DNA of 64,000 nucleotides from a virus (Duplodnaviria; Caudoviricetes): IMG/VR virus record IMGVR_UViG_3300042288_001626; one strand, 5' to 3'. Shown piece by piece: positions 9,577 to 19,124 of this stretch (position 1 is its first letter; each line of letters starts with the position of its first letter). The notes under the pieces were generated by a model. It saw only the letters and a program-made list of their open reading frames with translations, ran no database searches and was not told where the DNA came from. The position numbers and the translations under genes were made by a program.

Positions 9577-10092
9577 CTAGTTTAAAGCTACATACTCGGC
9601 ACGCTCCGCATCAGATAAAGGTGTACGCAATAGATCAGAACTTACATGCTTTTCTTCGCAGAAGTCTGATGTTCCATACATTTTTCTGTAGTGATATACA
9701 TACTTACCCTGCAGCGGTGAAAATTTGTTGCTTGCTGTTTTGGGTATGTTGAGCTTGCTGAATATGTCGTCGATAGTTAGATACTGAAGATATTGTTTTT
9801 GAATTTCGTTTACTTGTGCCGTCACTGAAGCAGGCAAATCGCTGAAATGAACTTTGGGGTATTTCTTAGCTTTGGAGTCTATTGAATTAAAGAACGTATA
9901 GCGAATTACGTCTTTGTAATACTCCAGGTTATTATCCACATGATCTGCAAATCTATCCGCCAATACGGCAGTGACCGCAGTCTTACCTAAATCTTTATTT
10001 CCCCAAGCTAGGGTCGACAGAATCGAGGACTTTGGCGTATAACTGACTTTCGAGAGACTTGATCTTTTCGATGTGTAGTCGAAGCTCTTCAT
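9577..10092 (-). CDS. hypothetical protein (start uncertain, 98-nt overlap with upstream ORF)
   Basis: ORF track; ends just before terminator. Confidence 0.5.
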   Translation of the reverse strand: MKSFDYTSKRSSLSKVSYTPKSSILSTLAWGNKDLGKTAVTAVLADRFADHVDNNLEYYKDVIRYTFFNSIDSKAKKYPKVHFSDLPASVTAQVNEIQKQYLQYLTIDDIFSKLNIPKTASNKFSPLQGKYVYHYRKMYGTSDFCEEKHVSSDLLRTPLSDAERAEYVALN

Positions 10093-10285
10093 CCCTGATG
10101 TCTTTATAGTCCTCTATGTCTTGATGCCAATAAGCTGTTATACCTCCAACTGCTACAGCGAACAAAAGAGGGCAACTTAGGATTATGTAAGTGCCTACCA
10201 CAAATTTGTTCGATGTTGCTAGTGCGGCAATACCTAAAAAAGCCAGAAAGCTTATACCTACGATAAGTAATTTTTTGTTTTTCAT
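9995..10285 (-). CDS. small membrane protein
   Basis: Two hydrophobic segments after a basic N-terminus. Confidence 0.5.
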   Translation of the reverse strand: MKNKKLLIVGISFLAFLGIAALATSNKFVVGTYIILSCPLLFAVAVGGITAYWHQDIEDYKDIRDEELRLHIEKIKSLESQLYAKVLDSVDPSLGK

Positions 10286-10294
10286 AAGAAGTCT

Positions 10295-10316
10295 GGCGGG
10301 GGAGTTACCCCCCGCC
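10295..10316 (-). terminator. GC-rich hairpin, probable terminator
   Basis: GGCGGGGG/CCCCCGCC 8-bp stem 15 nt after stop at 10331; weak U tract. Confidence 0.6.
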
Positions 10317-10330
10317 TTTAACTACGCAAA

Positions 10331-11128
10331 TTACCTCAGATCTTTGATCGTAAGAACCTGTGAAGGCTTGGGTTTGTTGACCCATACTTTCTTCATAGGC
10401 TTAGGTACGTACTCATCTTCCTGACTCAGTTCCACGAAACCGCTTTCACGGAATTCTGGAAACGGATTTGATCTTACATCGAGACCAGGGATCCAGCTTA
10501 CGAGGCGATGTGTGTCTCTTGTGATCTTCATGGTTACGGTATGGTACCGAATTATCTGCTTGTGAGGAATGTCTCCCCAGGCAGCATCAGTAGTAACCCC
10601 ACCAACACCACGACAAACCCACTTCAACTGTCTGCGAAGATATCCGTTTTTCTTCGTACACTTCAACAGAGCCAGTTGCACCTTCTTGTTCTTGATGAAC
10701 TCAGAAGGAATGTCCATGAACATTACATTCCGGACACTTACCTGCCATTTACCGACGGGCAGTCTTCCAGTCAAAACAAATACCTCGTCTTTGTCTTTCC
10801 CGGTGTAGTTCTGCATCTGAGTAAGGTGAGTCAAATCGCTGACAACCTCAAGAAGGTCGTTAACCGACTCAACCTTTTCACCTCCTCTTCTCTTGATCCA
10901 AACAAACTCGCTCTGGATCTTACAAGGAAACCGCATAGGGTCAAATCCCTCTACAGGACTCTCCGCATTTTGCATACAGAGGGCATCCTGATTTCTCGTG
11001 ATGCAGTCAACCAGATAGTCTGCGTCGATCACTATGTTGTTTTCAGGCAGTGCAGTGCGGCTTACATGATCGCTCGAGGCGTCAACTGTTTCGAGCACTT
11101 CATCCAACATTTCGATTTCTTGAGACAT
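10331..11128 (-). CDS. hypothetical protein with its own promoter and terminator
   Basis: 265-aa ORF; no recognisable motif. Confidence 0.65.
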   Translation of the reverse strand: MSQEIEMLDEVLETVDASSDHVSRTALPENNIVIDADYLVDCITRNQDALCMQNAESPVEGFDPMRFPCKIQSEFVWIKRRGGEKVESVNDLLEVVSDLTHLTQMQNYTGKDKDEVFVLTGRLPVGKWQVSVRNVMFMDIPSEFIKNKKVQLALLKCTKKNGYLRRQLKWVCRGVGGVTTDAAWGDIPHKQIIRYHTVTMKITRDTHRLVSWIPGLDVRSNPFPEFRESGFVELSQEDEYVPKPMKKVWVNKPKPSQVLTIKDLR

Positions 11129-11232
11129 AATACGATAACTATACTCTATCTTTTTTTCTTTCTTTGCTTATACAGGCTAAGAAAATTTCCTGTTCTCCTG
11201 CGCAGGAGTAACACACCTTTCAGCGTATCAAT

Positions 11233-11248
11233 ATATTATACCACAAAT
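11233..11248 (-). promoter_or_regulatory. Extended -10 promoter (TGTGG-TATAAT)
   Basis: Identical 16-mer to 197-212; intergenic, about 105 nt upstream of the 11128 start. Confidence 0.65.
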
Positions 11249-11348
11249 TTGCAGTTTTTATTGCGTTAGGTAGCCAGTATCACAGCCACAATTTCCTTAC
11301 ACAAATTAATAGTGCTCAATATAATTAAAACAATTAACAGCAGATATC

Positions 11349-11795
11349 TCATTCTTGCTCTTCTCTCAGCGGGAACTTCCTCTTTAAAAAATATTTCAGA
11401 GGTTCAATAATAATTCCGAGTTCCTCGTCTTCACTCTCCATAACGAACAAACCTCCAAGCCCTCTATAAAACTTATCTCTACTTACCGCAAGCATAAGTG
11501 ACTTTGTATAGAAAGACACGAAGTCTAAATCAAAGTTGTCTAGAAAGTCTTTGGACTCACTATACAGAGCGCTTTTTTTAAATGTATCAAATACAATTAA
11601 CTGATTTAATCCTGCTGCTTTTTTTGTAACCGCAAATCTTATAGGTCTGTCCAATCTTTCAAGTTCTAGTGTAATTACTGGAGATTCCTCTCCGTTTTGT
11701 TCTAGATAATCTTTTGCAGCCTCGCGTACTGCAGACCTCGGCATCTTAAGATGCTGTTTAATTTCTTGGCATGTTTTAATTTGCTCGTATGTCAT
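11349..11795 (-). CDS. hypothetical protein
   Basis: ORF with 4-nt coupling to upstream gene. Confidence 0.55.
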   Translation of the reverse strand: MTYEQIKTCQEIKQHLKMPRSAVREAAKDYLEQNGEESPVITLELERLDRPIRFAVTKKAAGLNQLIVFDTFKKSALYSESKDFLDNFDLDFVSFYTKSLMLAVSRDKFYRGLGGLFVMESEDEELGIIIEPLKYFLKRKFPLREEQE

Positions 11796-12058
11796 CTGAA
11801 TCTCACAATTTCGTTAATTTTTTCTTCGATAGTTTTCTTCCAAATAACTATATCTGCGTCGATGTTTTCTTCGCAACAAAACCCAGCCTTTTCGGCCGAA
11901 GCTTTACAGTCAACCTGACAAAGACAAGATTCAGGAATAAGCTGGTTATAGGCATTGTCGACAACCAAAGCGTCGACGCTTACGCCAAGCATTTCTGAAA
12001 ATGTAAGAGGATTGTCTGTGTTCTCCCCTGAGTCTCTGTTGTATACCCTAATGCACAT
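11792..12058 (-). CDS. hypothetical protein
   Basis: ORF coupled to RNA ligase stop. Confidence 0.5.
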   Translation of the reverse strand: MCIRVYNRDSGENTDNPLTFSEMLGVSVDALVVDNAYNQLIPESCLCQVDCKASAEKAGFCCEENIDADIVIWKKTIEEKINEIVRFR

Positions 12059-13157
12059 CTTTAATTTGCGTTGAGATCATTTTTTTTATTTGTGCTGCCG
12101 CTAAATAGCCTTTATCAAGAATCGTGAAAGCGAGACCAGACTCGTCTCCATAAGTCTCTAAAATAGCTCTTGCTGCCTGCTTGCGTCCTTCTTTTGTTGT
12201 ATCTATTTTAAAAGGGTCTATAGCGGCAAGTATAGCAGATTCTCTGTTCTTAGCTTTTTGATAGTGCTCTGTTACTTCCTTAGCCAAAGCCTCCGCTTCA
12301 GGCAAACACTCAAAATCCATGAATGTTTTTAATGCAGCTATAAAATCGTCATGCTGAGGGAACCCTTGACTTACAAACAGATCGAGCATGAAGTTTATGT
12401 TACAGTTTCCTCTCAGTCTATGTCTTTCAAGGTACCATTCACACTTAACTTTCTTTATACTCTGCCCATTGTCGAAATAAACACAGTATCCTTCTGCCCG
12501 AGTCATGCTTGCTAGTCTATCGTACAGATCTTTGAAGCTAGCTATTCGATAACACTCAGCTGTACCTACATGCAAATCGCCTAGAGCTATTTCCGGCAAA
12601 TGTACCTGCGGTACGTACGTATAGTTAGCATGCTCTACAATACCTATCAGTTTAATATCTGTTTGCGCCCCATAATCAACAACGATTTTATTGTTTCTGG
12701 TGGTCCACTCATAGATATAGGATACGTCTTTTTCAAGCTTTGAAGGATCGAACACTTTTGGATATCTCTTTTTAAGAACGGCTATATCATCTCTAGTCTT
12801 CTCGTGTTCTTCGACATCAAACGTTCCTCGTGTTCTTACTATTAGCTCTCCTCTAAATACAGAGACTATCAAACAAGAACCATCAATTTTCTCAATGACA
12901 TGAGCTACGTTATCCTTTAAATCTTGCTCCACAAAGTCAGGGCAAACTTCGGCAGCTTCTCCAAGATTAAAAAACTTTTTAAATCCTAGCGAGACAGGTT
13001 CACCAGACGCTGTCCATATGCTGCTTCTATATATCAGATTGTCTTTGGTCCAGGACACTCCAATCTTTGAAGGAAACACGAGATAGCATTTTTCTCCAGC
13101 TATCTCGCGCTCTCTTACAATGAATCCTTTGTTTTTTAACTCGTCGAATTTATTCAT
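12048..13157 (-). CDS. RNA ligase, T4 Rnl1-like
   Basis: Motif I EKIDGS, TRG, YEW, motif IV EGY, motif V KVK; GFKKFFNLGE N-terminal Rnl1 signature. Confidence 0.8.
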   Translation of the reverse strand: MNKFDELKNKGFIVREREIAGEKCYLVFPSKIGVSWTKDNLIYRSSIWTASGEPVSLGFKKFFNLGEAAEVCPDFVEQDLKDNVAHVIEKIDGSCLIVSVFRGELIVRTRGTFDVEEHEKTRDDIAVLKKRYPKVFDPSKLEKDVSYIYEWTTRNNKIVVDYGAQTDIKLIGIVEHANYTYVPQVHLPEIALGDLHVGTAECYRIASFKDLYDRLASMTRAEGYCVYFDNGQSIKKVKCEWYLERHRLRGNCNINFMLDLFVSQGFPQHDDFIAALKTFMDFECLPEAEALAKEVTEHYQKAKNRESAILAAIDPFKIDTTKEGRKQAARAILETYGDESGLAFTILDKGYLAAAQIKKMISTQIKDVH

Positions 13158-13482
13158 TTGAGGAGGGTTTCAGAACTCCACAGAACGTACATCTGACGAT
13201 TTCATCTTTATGTTCAGAGTAAACACCTGTAAGACAGCTACGACAATGCTCATAGATAGGTGCGTTGCTATCATCCTCAGGAGCAAAACTTGCAGAGCTG
13301 TTCGGCTCTGTTCCTGCTCCTACAACAGGGCAGAAAAACCCTACAGACATGGAAGCCGAATACTTTCCTTCTGATTTGCTGACTTGATTAGCATCTGTTT
13401 TGGGTGTAGATGCCGTGATCATTGCCAAGGCAGCACCAAAAAGCAGAGCCACCGTCACCGAGTTTTTAATAAGGTTCTTCAT
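13150..13482 (-). CDS. secreted/membrane protein with C-terminal Zn ribbon
   Basis: N-terminal hydrophobic helix; CRSC...CTFC. Confidence 0.5.
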   Translation of the reverse strand: MKNLIKNSVTVALLFGAALAMITASTPKTDANQVSKSEGKYSASMSVGFFCPVVGAGTEPNSSASFAPEDDSNAPIYEHCRSCLTGVYSEHKDEIVRCTFCGVLKPSSNE

Positions 13483-13489
13483 AGAAATG

Positions 13490-13732
13490 TTAGTTTTTGT
13501 TGTCTTCGAATAGGTTGATGTTTTTGTCTAGCTCCTCGTTAGTTTTGGAGTTATATACTGCGTCAAACAAGTAATCTAACTTTTTGCTCTCTTCTTTTTC
13601 AAAGTAAATCAAGTCAGTCCATCCTAGATCTTTGACCAGTTGTTTGAAGAGTGCGTCTTGTGAAGCTTGCAGATTTGCTACAAGCTCCCTAACAAACTTA
13701 ATTTTTTCTTTTTGAGTTTTACTTAAAGCCAT
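13490..13732 (-). CDS. hypothetical protein
   Basis: 80-aa ORF tightly packed between PNK and neighbour. Confidence 0.5.
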   Translation of the reverse strand: MALSKTQKEKIKFVRELVANLQASQDALFKQLVKDLGWTDLIYFEKEESKKLDYLFDAVYNSKTNEELDKNINLFEDNKN

Positions 13733-13733
13733 A

Positions 13734-14597
13734 TTAAAAATCTCCTCTAGCTACCTGCCATACTTGAAGACCCATCTCTCTGAGCGCATCCACAACCTGC
13801 TGTCTGTCATCCAAAACAAAGGAAATATAATACTCGGGGAGAATGTCTCGCTTGTAGATTTCTTCTTTAAGAATACTATCTTTACGATTGTCTCCGGCAG
13901 GTCTCATATACAGAAGAAAAGAGCCTGGAGTGATATCACACTTATGATGCAACCACTTTAAGGTTTCCTCTCTGCAGGTATCTTCGCGACCACTCACAAA
14001 TATCAATTTATGATATGTTCGCTGCATGTTTTTTATGCACTCAAGAACAGAGTAGTTTACTTCATCCGTATAACACTTCTCCAGCTCAAAAGGTCCTCTA
14101 GCCACATGTATAGCTAGTGTGCCGTCAAGATCACAAACAATAGCAGGAGGCAGATCAGGATCATTCTTTATTTTCGGTTTATTAGGCAGTACATACCTAT
14201 TATACATATCTACAATAACCTTATCTGGTACCTGGTTTGTTCTGTTCCGATTCCTGAACAAACACTCTGACAGAGAAACATCAAAGTCTTTAACCTCGAA
14301 CACTGCTCCTGCCAGAGAAGCCATGCTCTGGATGTTGGTGATGTGATGACTGGCAAAGTTTGTATCGTCGACAACAACACTATAACCATTATCTAGCGCA
14401 GCTTTGATGGCTGCGTCTCTCACCAACAACACCTGTTTCTCGTTATCTTTACTCCACTTGCTGTTATGCATCATAAGCCGCAAGTCATCTTTATTGATAC
14501 GCATCCAGCCAGGGTTGCGTTCGACAAAATCCTTAGCCCATGTGCTTTTACCACTAGCAGGAAGCCCTCTAAGTACAGTTACTCTCTTCTGATTCAT
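13734..14597 (-). CDS. pseT: polynucleotide 5'-kinase/3'-phosphatase (T4 PseT/Pnkp-like)
   Basis: GLPASGKST P-loop, DDTN, HAD motif CDLDGTLA, SGR, MR...DNRKD..LK, DDRQQVV. Confidence 0.92.
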   Translation of the reverse strand: MNQKRVTVLRGLPASGKSTWAKDFVERNPGWMRINKDDLRLMMHNSKWSKDNEKQVLLVRDAAIKAALDNGYSVVVDDTNFASHHITNIQSMASLAGAVFEVKDFDVSLSECLFRNRNRTNQVPDKVIVDMYNRYVLPNKPKIKNDPDLPPAIVCDLDGTLAIHVARGPFELEKCYTDEVNYSVLECIKNMQRTYHKLIFVSGREDTCREETLKWLHHKCDITPGSFLLYMRPAGDNRKDSILKEEIYKRDILPEYYISFVLDDRQQVVDALREMGLQVWQVARGDF

Positions 14598-15186
14598 ATT
14601 CTTTCAGTGTTTCTGGGTCGTATTTTTTTACTGCATGCTCTCTACACAAAGTAGAGTGCCATCCTACTCTGTAGATTTTACCTGGCGCTCCACACATCTC
14701 ACAGGTTACCTCACTCAGGGACTCAGCGTAATCTACAACCATGTTTGCCGCCTCGCTGGCATTGTGTATGTATATACGTAGAGTACCGAACTTTTCTTTT
14801 ACCTGCAAAACAACAGGAAGCTTCGATTCTTCCTCACTAAGTTTTAACAAAGCTTTATCATATTGATTCTGTAGATCAGCGACAAGCTCACTATCTGATG
14901 GCGTTTTACCTTCAGTTTCCAAACTATAGGTAGCCATACGGTTCCGCATAGCTAGATAATTAGGAAGGTCATCTAAATAGTTTTCGTAGTATTTTATATC
15001 CCTTCTCGCCAATAAGACTTTGCTGTATAGCGTTTCACAACACTTGTCTATAATATTATACCACCCAGGACCGCACTCTATACCGAAGAGAGCATAGGGT
15101 ACTCTAGCCTCGTCCTCATATTGAAAGAGCTTGGGATATTTTATTTTAAGGTCTGCGTATTTATCTTCTGTTTCTTCTGTTTCCAT
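14569..15186 (-). CDS. conserved phage protein (KEKFG / TCE.CG family), paralog A
   Basis: ECGPGW...QVKEKFGTLRIY...SEVTCEMCGAPG...GWHSTLC. Confidence 0.65.
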   Translation of the reverse strand: METEETEDKYADLKIKYPKLFQYEDEARVPYALFGIECGPGWYNIIDKCCETLYSKVLLARRDIKYYENYLDDLPNYLAMRNRMATYSLETEGKTPSDSELVADLQNQYDKALLKLSEEESKLPVVLQVKEKFGTLRIYIHNASEAANMVVDYAESLSEVTCEMCGAPGKIYRVGWHSTLCREHAVKKYDPETLKEYESEESNCT

Positions 15187-15188
15187 AT

Positions 15189-15365
15189 CTATTTTTCTAC
15201 TACTTCCAGACTATAGCCATCTTTCTCTTTATATAGACCTCGCAAGTCAGTCACCTCTCGATTCATTGCTTCTCGGTCTTTGCGTATAAACGGGTAGGAT
15301 CCTACTATACGCCTACCGCTCTTTGTGCGTCTGTCTTTTATGTAAATATTCAGAATAAACTCCAT
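15189..15365 (-). CDS. small hypothetical protein (58 aa, below cutoff)
   Basis: Read manually: MEFILNIYIKDRRTKSGRRIVGSYPF...; fills the gap with 2-nt spacing on each side. Confidence 0.55.
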   Translation of the reverse strand: MEFILNIYIKDRRTKSGRRIVGSYPFIRKDREAMNREVTDLRGLYKEKDGYSLEVVEK

Positions 15366-15367
15366 AA

Positions 15368-16498
15368 CTAGATATGTACCTCTTCTAACGTCCTGGTTCT
15401 TATCTTTACTGTGTTGTTAAACCTCGGGATTCCGTCGCTGCTAAGATTCTGATATTTTACAGTTGCCTGCATACCTAGAATCTCTTCTCGACGAGCCCAC
15501 AATCTTTTTTGATATTCGATACCGCCTACAGGAACAGAGTCAAACTCTTTACCGTCAGGCATACCTAATCGTAAGATTATGCATCCCTCGCGGCTGCCTT
15601 TACCTTCTTTGAATCCCATGATTTCATACTCACTTTCGTGAAAATCCTTCCGCTTAAGAAGGTCTTTCGTTCTTTTGTGTTGGTATAGACTGTTCCATGT
15701 ACGGATCATCTGACCCTCATACCCTTCTGCCATATATGATCTGTATGCTTTATCTAGTGCTTCCTGGTCGTCTGCACTCAGCGTAGTTACCGCAGCAATG
15801 TACGGACTGTCGACCTCTCTAACAAGATAGCTGTAGTCTGCCCGCCTTTGTTTGAAGTCGATATCTTCCTGAGTGATGATATCGTACACATGATACTTTA
15901 CTGATTTTTTACACTTCTCGATATCTGCGGCTGAAGCTTTTGGCTGCTTCACAATGCTCACAATTTCCTCAAACTTATCTTTAAGTTCATGCGAATACAT
16001 CTCACCGTCAAAAGCAAGCAGACCTGGGTACTTATCGAACACAGACTGTACCGCATCTCTGATGTGCTGTAAGGTAGCAAAAGGTTTCCATTGGCGGCTG
16101 AACACTCCTTCTCTTGTTACGATGCACCTTAAACCATCTAGTTTAGGTTGACTGTACACAGGAAACTCTAGCTTGTCTTTATAGTCTATATAATCTTTAG
16201 CAAGCATAGGATCGAGCCGAAGAGAGCGTACAACATCGCCAAGAGCACCCATATCTTCGACGTAACCCTCATCCTTTTTCTTCTGCCATTTAGCTCGGGA
16301 TTCGAGCTCTGCCTGCTGATCAGCAGTAGTCTCATTCTTTTTACCGATGTTTTTGCCCTTACATTTCGTAGGTACGTTAGTAATTTTCTTACCATCTGTT
16401 TGTCCACTCACAGTGTAGTATTCTCCATTATCGAAGAATATTTGCCATTCCTGTGTGGCTCCTGTGGCTGTTTTTTTGAATAGTTTCGGCAATTCCAT
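15368..16498 (-). CDS. ATP-dependent DNA ligase
   Basis: PMLA, QPKLDGLRC (motif I), FDGEMY, YHVYDI, EGYEGQM, LLKRK, C-terminal OB with TVKY...G.PRF. Confidence 0.92.
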   Translation of the reverse strand: MELPKLFKKTATGATQEWQIFFDNGEYYTVSGQTDGKKITNVPTKCKGKNIGKKNETTADQQAELESRAKWQKKKDEGYVEDMGALGDVVRSLRLDPMLAKDYIDYKDKLEFPVYSQPKLDGLRCIVTREGVFSRQWKPFATLQHIRDAVQSVFDKYPGLLAFDGEMYSHELKDKFEEIVSIVKQPKASAADIEKCKKSVKYHVYDIITQEDIDFKQRRADYSYLVREVDSPYIAAVTTLSADDQEALDKAYRSYMAEGYEGQMIRTWNSLYQHKRTKDLLKRKDFHESEYEIMGFKEGKGSREGCIILRLGMPDGKEFDSVPVGGIEYQKRLWARREEILGMQATVKYQNLSSDGIPRFNNTVKIRTRTLEEVHI

Positions 16499-16551
16499 AT
16501 TACTTATTTTTTACTGTCCTTGTGATGGTGACCGTCTTTCTTAACGTTACA

Positions 16552-16974
16552 TTACCCTTCTTGATTGTCTTCACCTGCTGTCTTGTAGTTTTCATTTGCG
16601 TTTTTTCTATAGTCTATTTCGTCGCGAAATACTTTTCTGATGGTTTCGTTTAACTGGTTTTGAGTAGCTAATATTGCTACAATATGCTCATCATCCAGCG
16701 AAGCTAGAGTTTTCCTATGAAACTTTTCTTTTCCAGACTTGCCATAAGTTCCCCATTTAAATACCTCTCTTATGGTTGCGTGAGGGTCGCTAGAGTAGAC
16801 GGAAGCATCCTGAGCTGCTTCTTTATTCACACTTCTGCGAACATACTCTAGACCTCCGTCGACACTGTATGTTTCTCCGTTAGCATCAACATAAGACTTG
16901 TAGTCGTGTCTATGTAACGACTCTAGCCTAGTGCCGTCAGGGGTGATAATAGCGTTTACTAATAGCTGTTTCAT
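16552..16974 (-). CDS. conserved phage hypothetical protein
   Basis: NAI.TPDG..LES.HRHDY.......VDGG..Y.RR pattern common in large phages. Confidence 0.65.
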   Translation of the reverse strand: MKQLLVNAIITPDGTRLESLHRHDYKSYVDANGETYSVDGGLEYVRRSVNKEAAQDASVYSSDPHATIREVFKWGTYGKSGKEKFHRKTLASLDDEHIVAILATQNQLNETIRKVFRDEIDYRKNANENYKTAGEDNQEG

Positions 16975-17408
16975 AGCTGTGCTGCAGCGGGTGCTACTAT
17001 TTGAGGAAAGTACTCTTCAAATTCTTGTAATCCTTGATTCAACAACCGCATTGCTTCATTAATTATATCTAATTTAAATGCCCGCTGTTCGTATGTAAGA
17101 TTTTTAAAATCTGAAAAATATTGTCTAATCTGAAGGTTACCAGATGAATATGTTCCAGCGATAAGCGGGTTATATTTCAGGTAAGACCGAGTTTCTGTAT
17201 AGTACACTTCCTCTACTTCCTGATTATTTACTACAAAAAAGTCGCAGACAAAGTAACACTTGCTTATCAGTTTTGGGTCTAGCCGAAGTGAAAGACCAGG
17301 CTCAGAGAAAAAAGATATATCGATAACTTTATTTTTATCGGGAGGCATAAGATTTGGAATACCTCTTTTTAGCGTGCAGCCTTTGTTACTGAATAGAATT
17401 CTGTTCAT
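16971..17408 (-). CDS. hypothetical protein
   Basis: ORF with 4-nt coupling. Confidence 0.5.
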   Translation of the reverse strand: MNRILFSNKGCTLKRGIPNLMPPDKNKVIDISFFSEPGLSLRLDPKLISKCYFVCDFFVVNNQEVEEVYYTETRSYLKYNPLIAGTYSSGNLQIRQYFSDFKNLTYEQRAFKLDIINEAMRLLNQGLQEFEEYFPQIVAPAAAQL

Positions 17409-17421
17409 TATGGTTTATAGT

Positions 17422-18009
17422 TTATAGTTCGTTTGTTTTCTTGGCGCAGGAAGGACATAGAGTCTTCCACCACCCTTTAGTGTATAGTTCTCCAGAGTCA
17501 CCATCATTCTCACAAGTAACTAAACTTAGGTTCTCTGCAGCAGCCACGACTCCGGCTGCAAACCCTCGATATTCTGTAAGCTCATGCAATACATCTTTTT
17601 TATTAAAGTTGCTAAAATCTTGTCTGCTGAGCTTTGAGACTACGGTATAGCTTATTTCAAGCTTGCCGTACTTTTCTTTTATCTTGTCAAACCTCACATA
17701 GAACCCTGGAAAATCCAGGTGTTCTTTGGGCTTAAATGTATAGAGTTTGTGAGGTTTTAACTGCAGAAAAGCTTCAACTTTCCTGCTCAGATAATCCATA
17801 GCTGATAACACTCCTGTAAGCAGACTTTTTTTCCTCAGTACTGTGGGTGGTCTGTTTTCTATAACAGAGCACATGTTTCGTACTATGCTTTCCCAACCGT
17901 CTCCGCAGTCTATGCTGCAGCGAGATAAAACAGTCCCTGTTTTTGTTGTAGCTGGTCTAAAGCAATACTCAAAATCAGTAAACAGGGACTGTTGAAGATG
18001 ATCAGACAT
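17422..18009 (-). CDS. conserved phage protein (KEKYG / TCE family), paralog B
   Basis: DCGDGW...KIKEKYGKL...SLVTCENDG...GWWKTLC; start moved to ATG 18009 to avoid a long overlap. Confidence 0.6.
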   Translation of the reverse strand: MSDHLQQSLFTDFEYCFRPATTKTGTVLSRCSIDCGDGWESIVRNMCSVIENRPPTVLRKKSLLTGVLSAMDYLSRKVEAFLQLKPHKLYTFKPKEHLDFPGFYVRFDKIKEKYGKLEISYTVVSKLSRQDFSNFNKKDVLHELTEYRGFAAGVVAAAENLSLVTCENDGDSGELYTKGWWKTLCPSCAKKTNEL

Positions 18010-18223
18010 CACCTTCTTCTTCATCTTCTTCAACACCGAATAGCTGAGCCCACTCCTCACCGGTGATACCTGATTTATAAAATTCCCTATCCTCTTTTGA
18101 TAGGTTCGGGAATGCATTTTGTAGGAGCTCACCACGAGCGTAGCGCTCACACTGTTCGGTTGTAATGTCCAACTCTTTCTCATGAATTTTTCCTGAATAT
18201 TGCGACTTTCTGGTGATTAACAT
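18002..18223 (-). CDS. conserved phage hypothetical protein
   Basis: G.L.Q.AFP.LS...REF..SGIT.EEW..LFG pattern. Confidence 0.65.
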   Translation of the reverse strand: MLITRKSQYSGKIHEKELDITTEQCERYARGELLQNAFPNLSKEDREFYKSGITGEEWAQLFGVEEDEEEGDV

Positions 18224-18228
18224 ATTTT

Positions 18229-18894
18229 TTACAGCCCAAAGGCTTCTAGTGTGTATTTGAATGGATTTGAAGGAAGCTCTTTAACTATCTCGAGCATCCT
18301 ATCGGCTACTTCACAAATTTCTTTTTGTGCTTGTTCGGACCTGCGCAAATTTAAGAAATGCGCAAAACTCCTCCAGTTAAACATAATGTCAGAGGCTATC
18401 TGACTGTTGTAAGGCTTAAAGAACCTGGCACTTTCTTTTGCGCGCTTACGACCAAGAACTTTCTCAGCATCTTTTAGGCAGGCGTGGTACAGCCGGTTAC
18501 TCTGCTTTGAGTGATCAATCAGTAGCTCTGCCCAATTATCATAACCTCCCCAACCACTATCCTCAGAAATTGGAACATCGTGGAAGTCAGGAGGGATATA
18601 AAACTTATCTTCTTTAAGCTCCTTGTATCTGGCTGACTCTGCGTTGATGCTTACACCAATCCTATGCTTCAACAACTGAATGTGTGTGGCGATTTCTGTA
18701 TCTACCAGGAAGTGAAGAACACTTTTTTCGAATGGAGTATCGTGGTGGTTTTGCGCCAGGTAAGCCAGCATTCCAGGCAGTCTGCCCAGTTTATCTTCAT
18801 CAATGTCTCTGTATGTACTTGTCCATGCAGACAGTCCGTGCGTGATGTCACCTCCATAGTGACCCAGTAACTCTACTTTATTTTGGTGGTCCAT
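18229..18894 (-). CDS. thyX: FAD-dependent thymidylate synthase
   Basis: H.TPFE, QLLKHR..S.N.ESARY, NWRSF.HFL.LR....AQ.EI ThyX motifs. Confidence 0.92.
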   Translation of the reverse strand: MDHQNKVELLGHYGGDITHGLSAWTSTYRDIDEDKLGRLPGMLAYLAQNHHDTPFEKSVLHFLVDTEIATHIQLLKHRIGVSINAESARYKELKEDKFYIPPDFHDVPISEDSGWGGYDNWAELLIDHSKQSNRLYHACLKDAEKVLGRKRAKESARFFKPYNSQIASDIMFNWRSFAHFLNLRRSEQAQKEICEVADRMLEIVKELPSNPFKYTLEAFGL

Positions 18895-19084
18895 TTTTTA
18901 TTTTTGGTTTTTCCCAAGGTAATTCTGGTATTTCGATCCAATAGGCTGGGGGAGGATTTATTGCTTTTAAACCCTTCCATTTCCCGTCACACATCCAGAC
19001 AGCACGGATTGCTCCGCAGATATCAAGACCTAATACCTTCTTCCTGTCAGGCGGAGCTTTATCCTGCACTGATACCCAGTTCAT
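18878..19084 (-). CDS. DUF551-like small phage protein
   Basis: MNWVSV.D..P...V......W....HW..LP.LP type pattern. Confidence 0.55.
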   Translation of the reverse strand: MNWVSVQDKAPPDRKKVLGLDICGAIRAVWMCDGKWKGLKAINPPPAYWIEIPELPWEKPKIKNGPPK

Positions 19085-19124
19085 TTAATTTTGAGCCGTA
19101 GATTATTTTAAGAAAGGTTTGCAC

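Noticed and set aside
10508-11269. 253-aa plus-strand ORF (also 32117-32608, 34869-35504, 27715-28233, 57406-57915, 58802-59299)
   Set aside because: Antisense shadows of well-supported minus-strand genes; no motifs and biased Ser/Leu/Phe composition.
15053-15064. Third partial copy of the promoter motif (GTGGTATAATAT)
   Set aside because: Lies inside a CDS where it encodes the conserved GWYNI motif; only 12 of 16 nt match.
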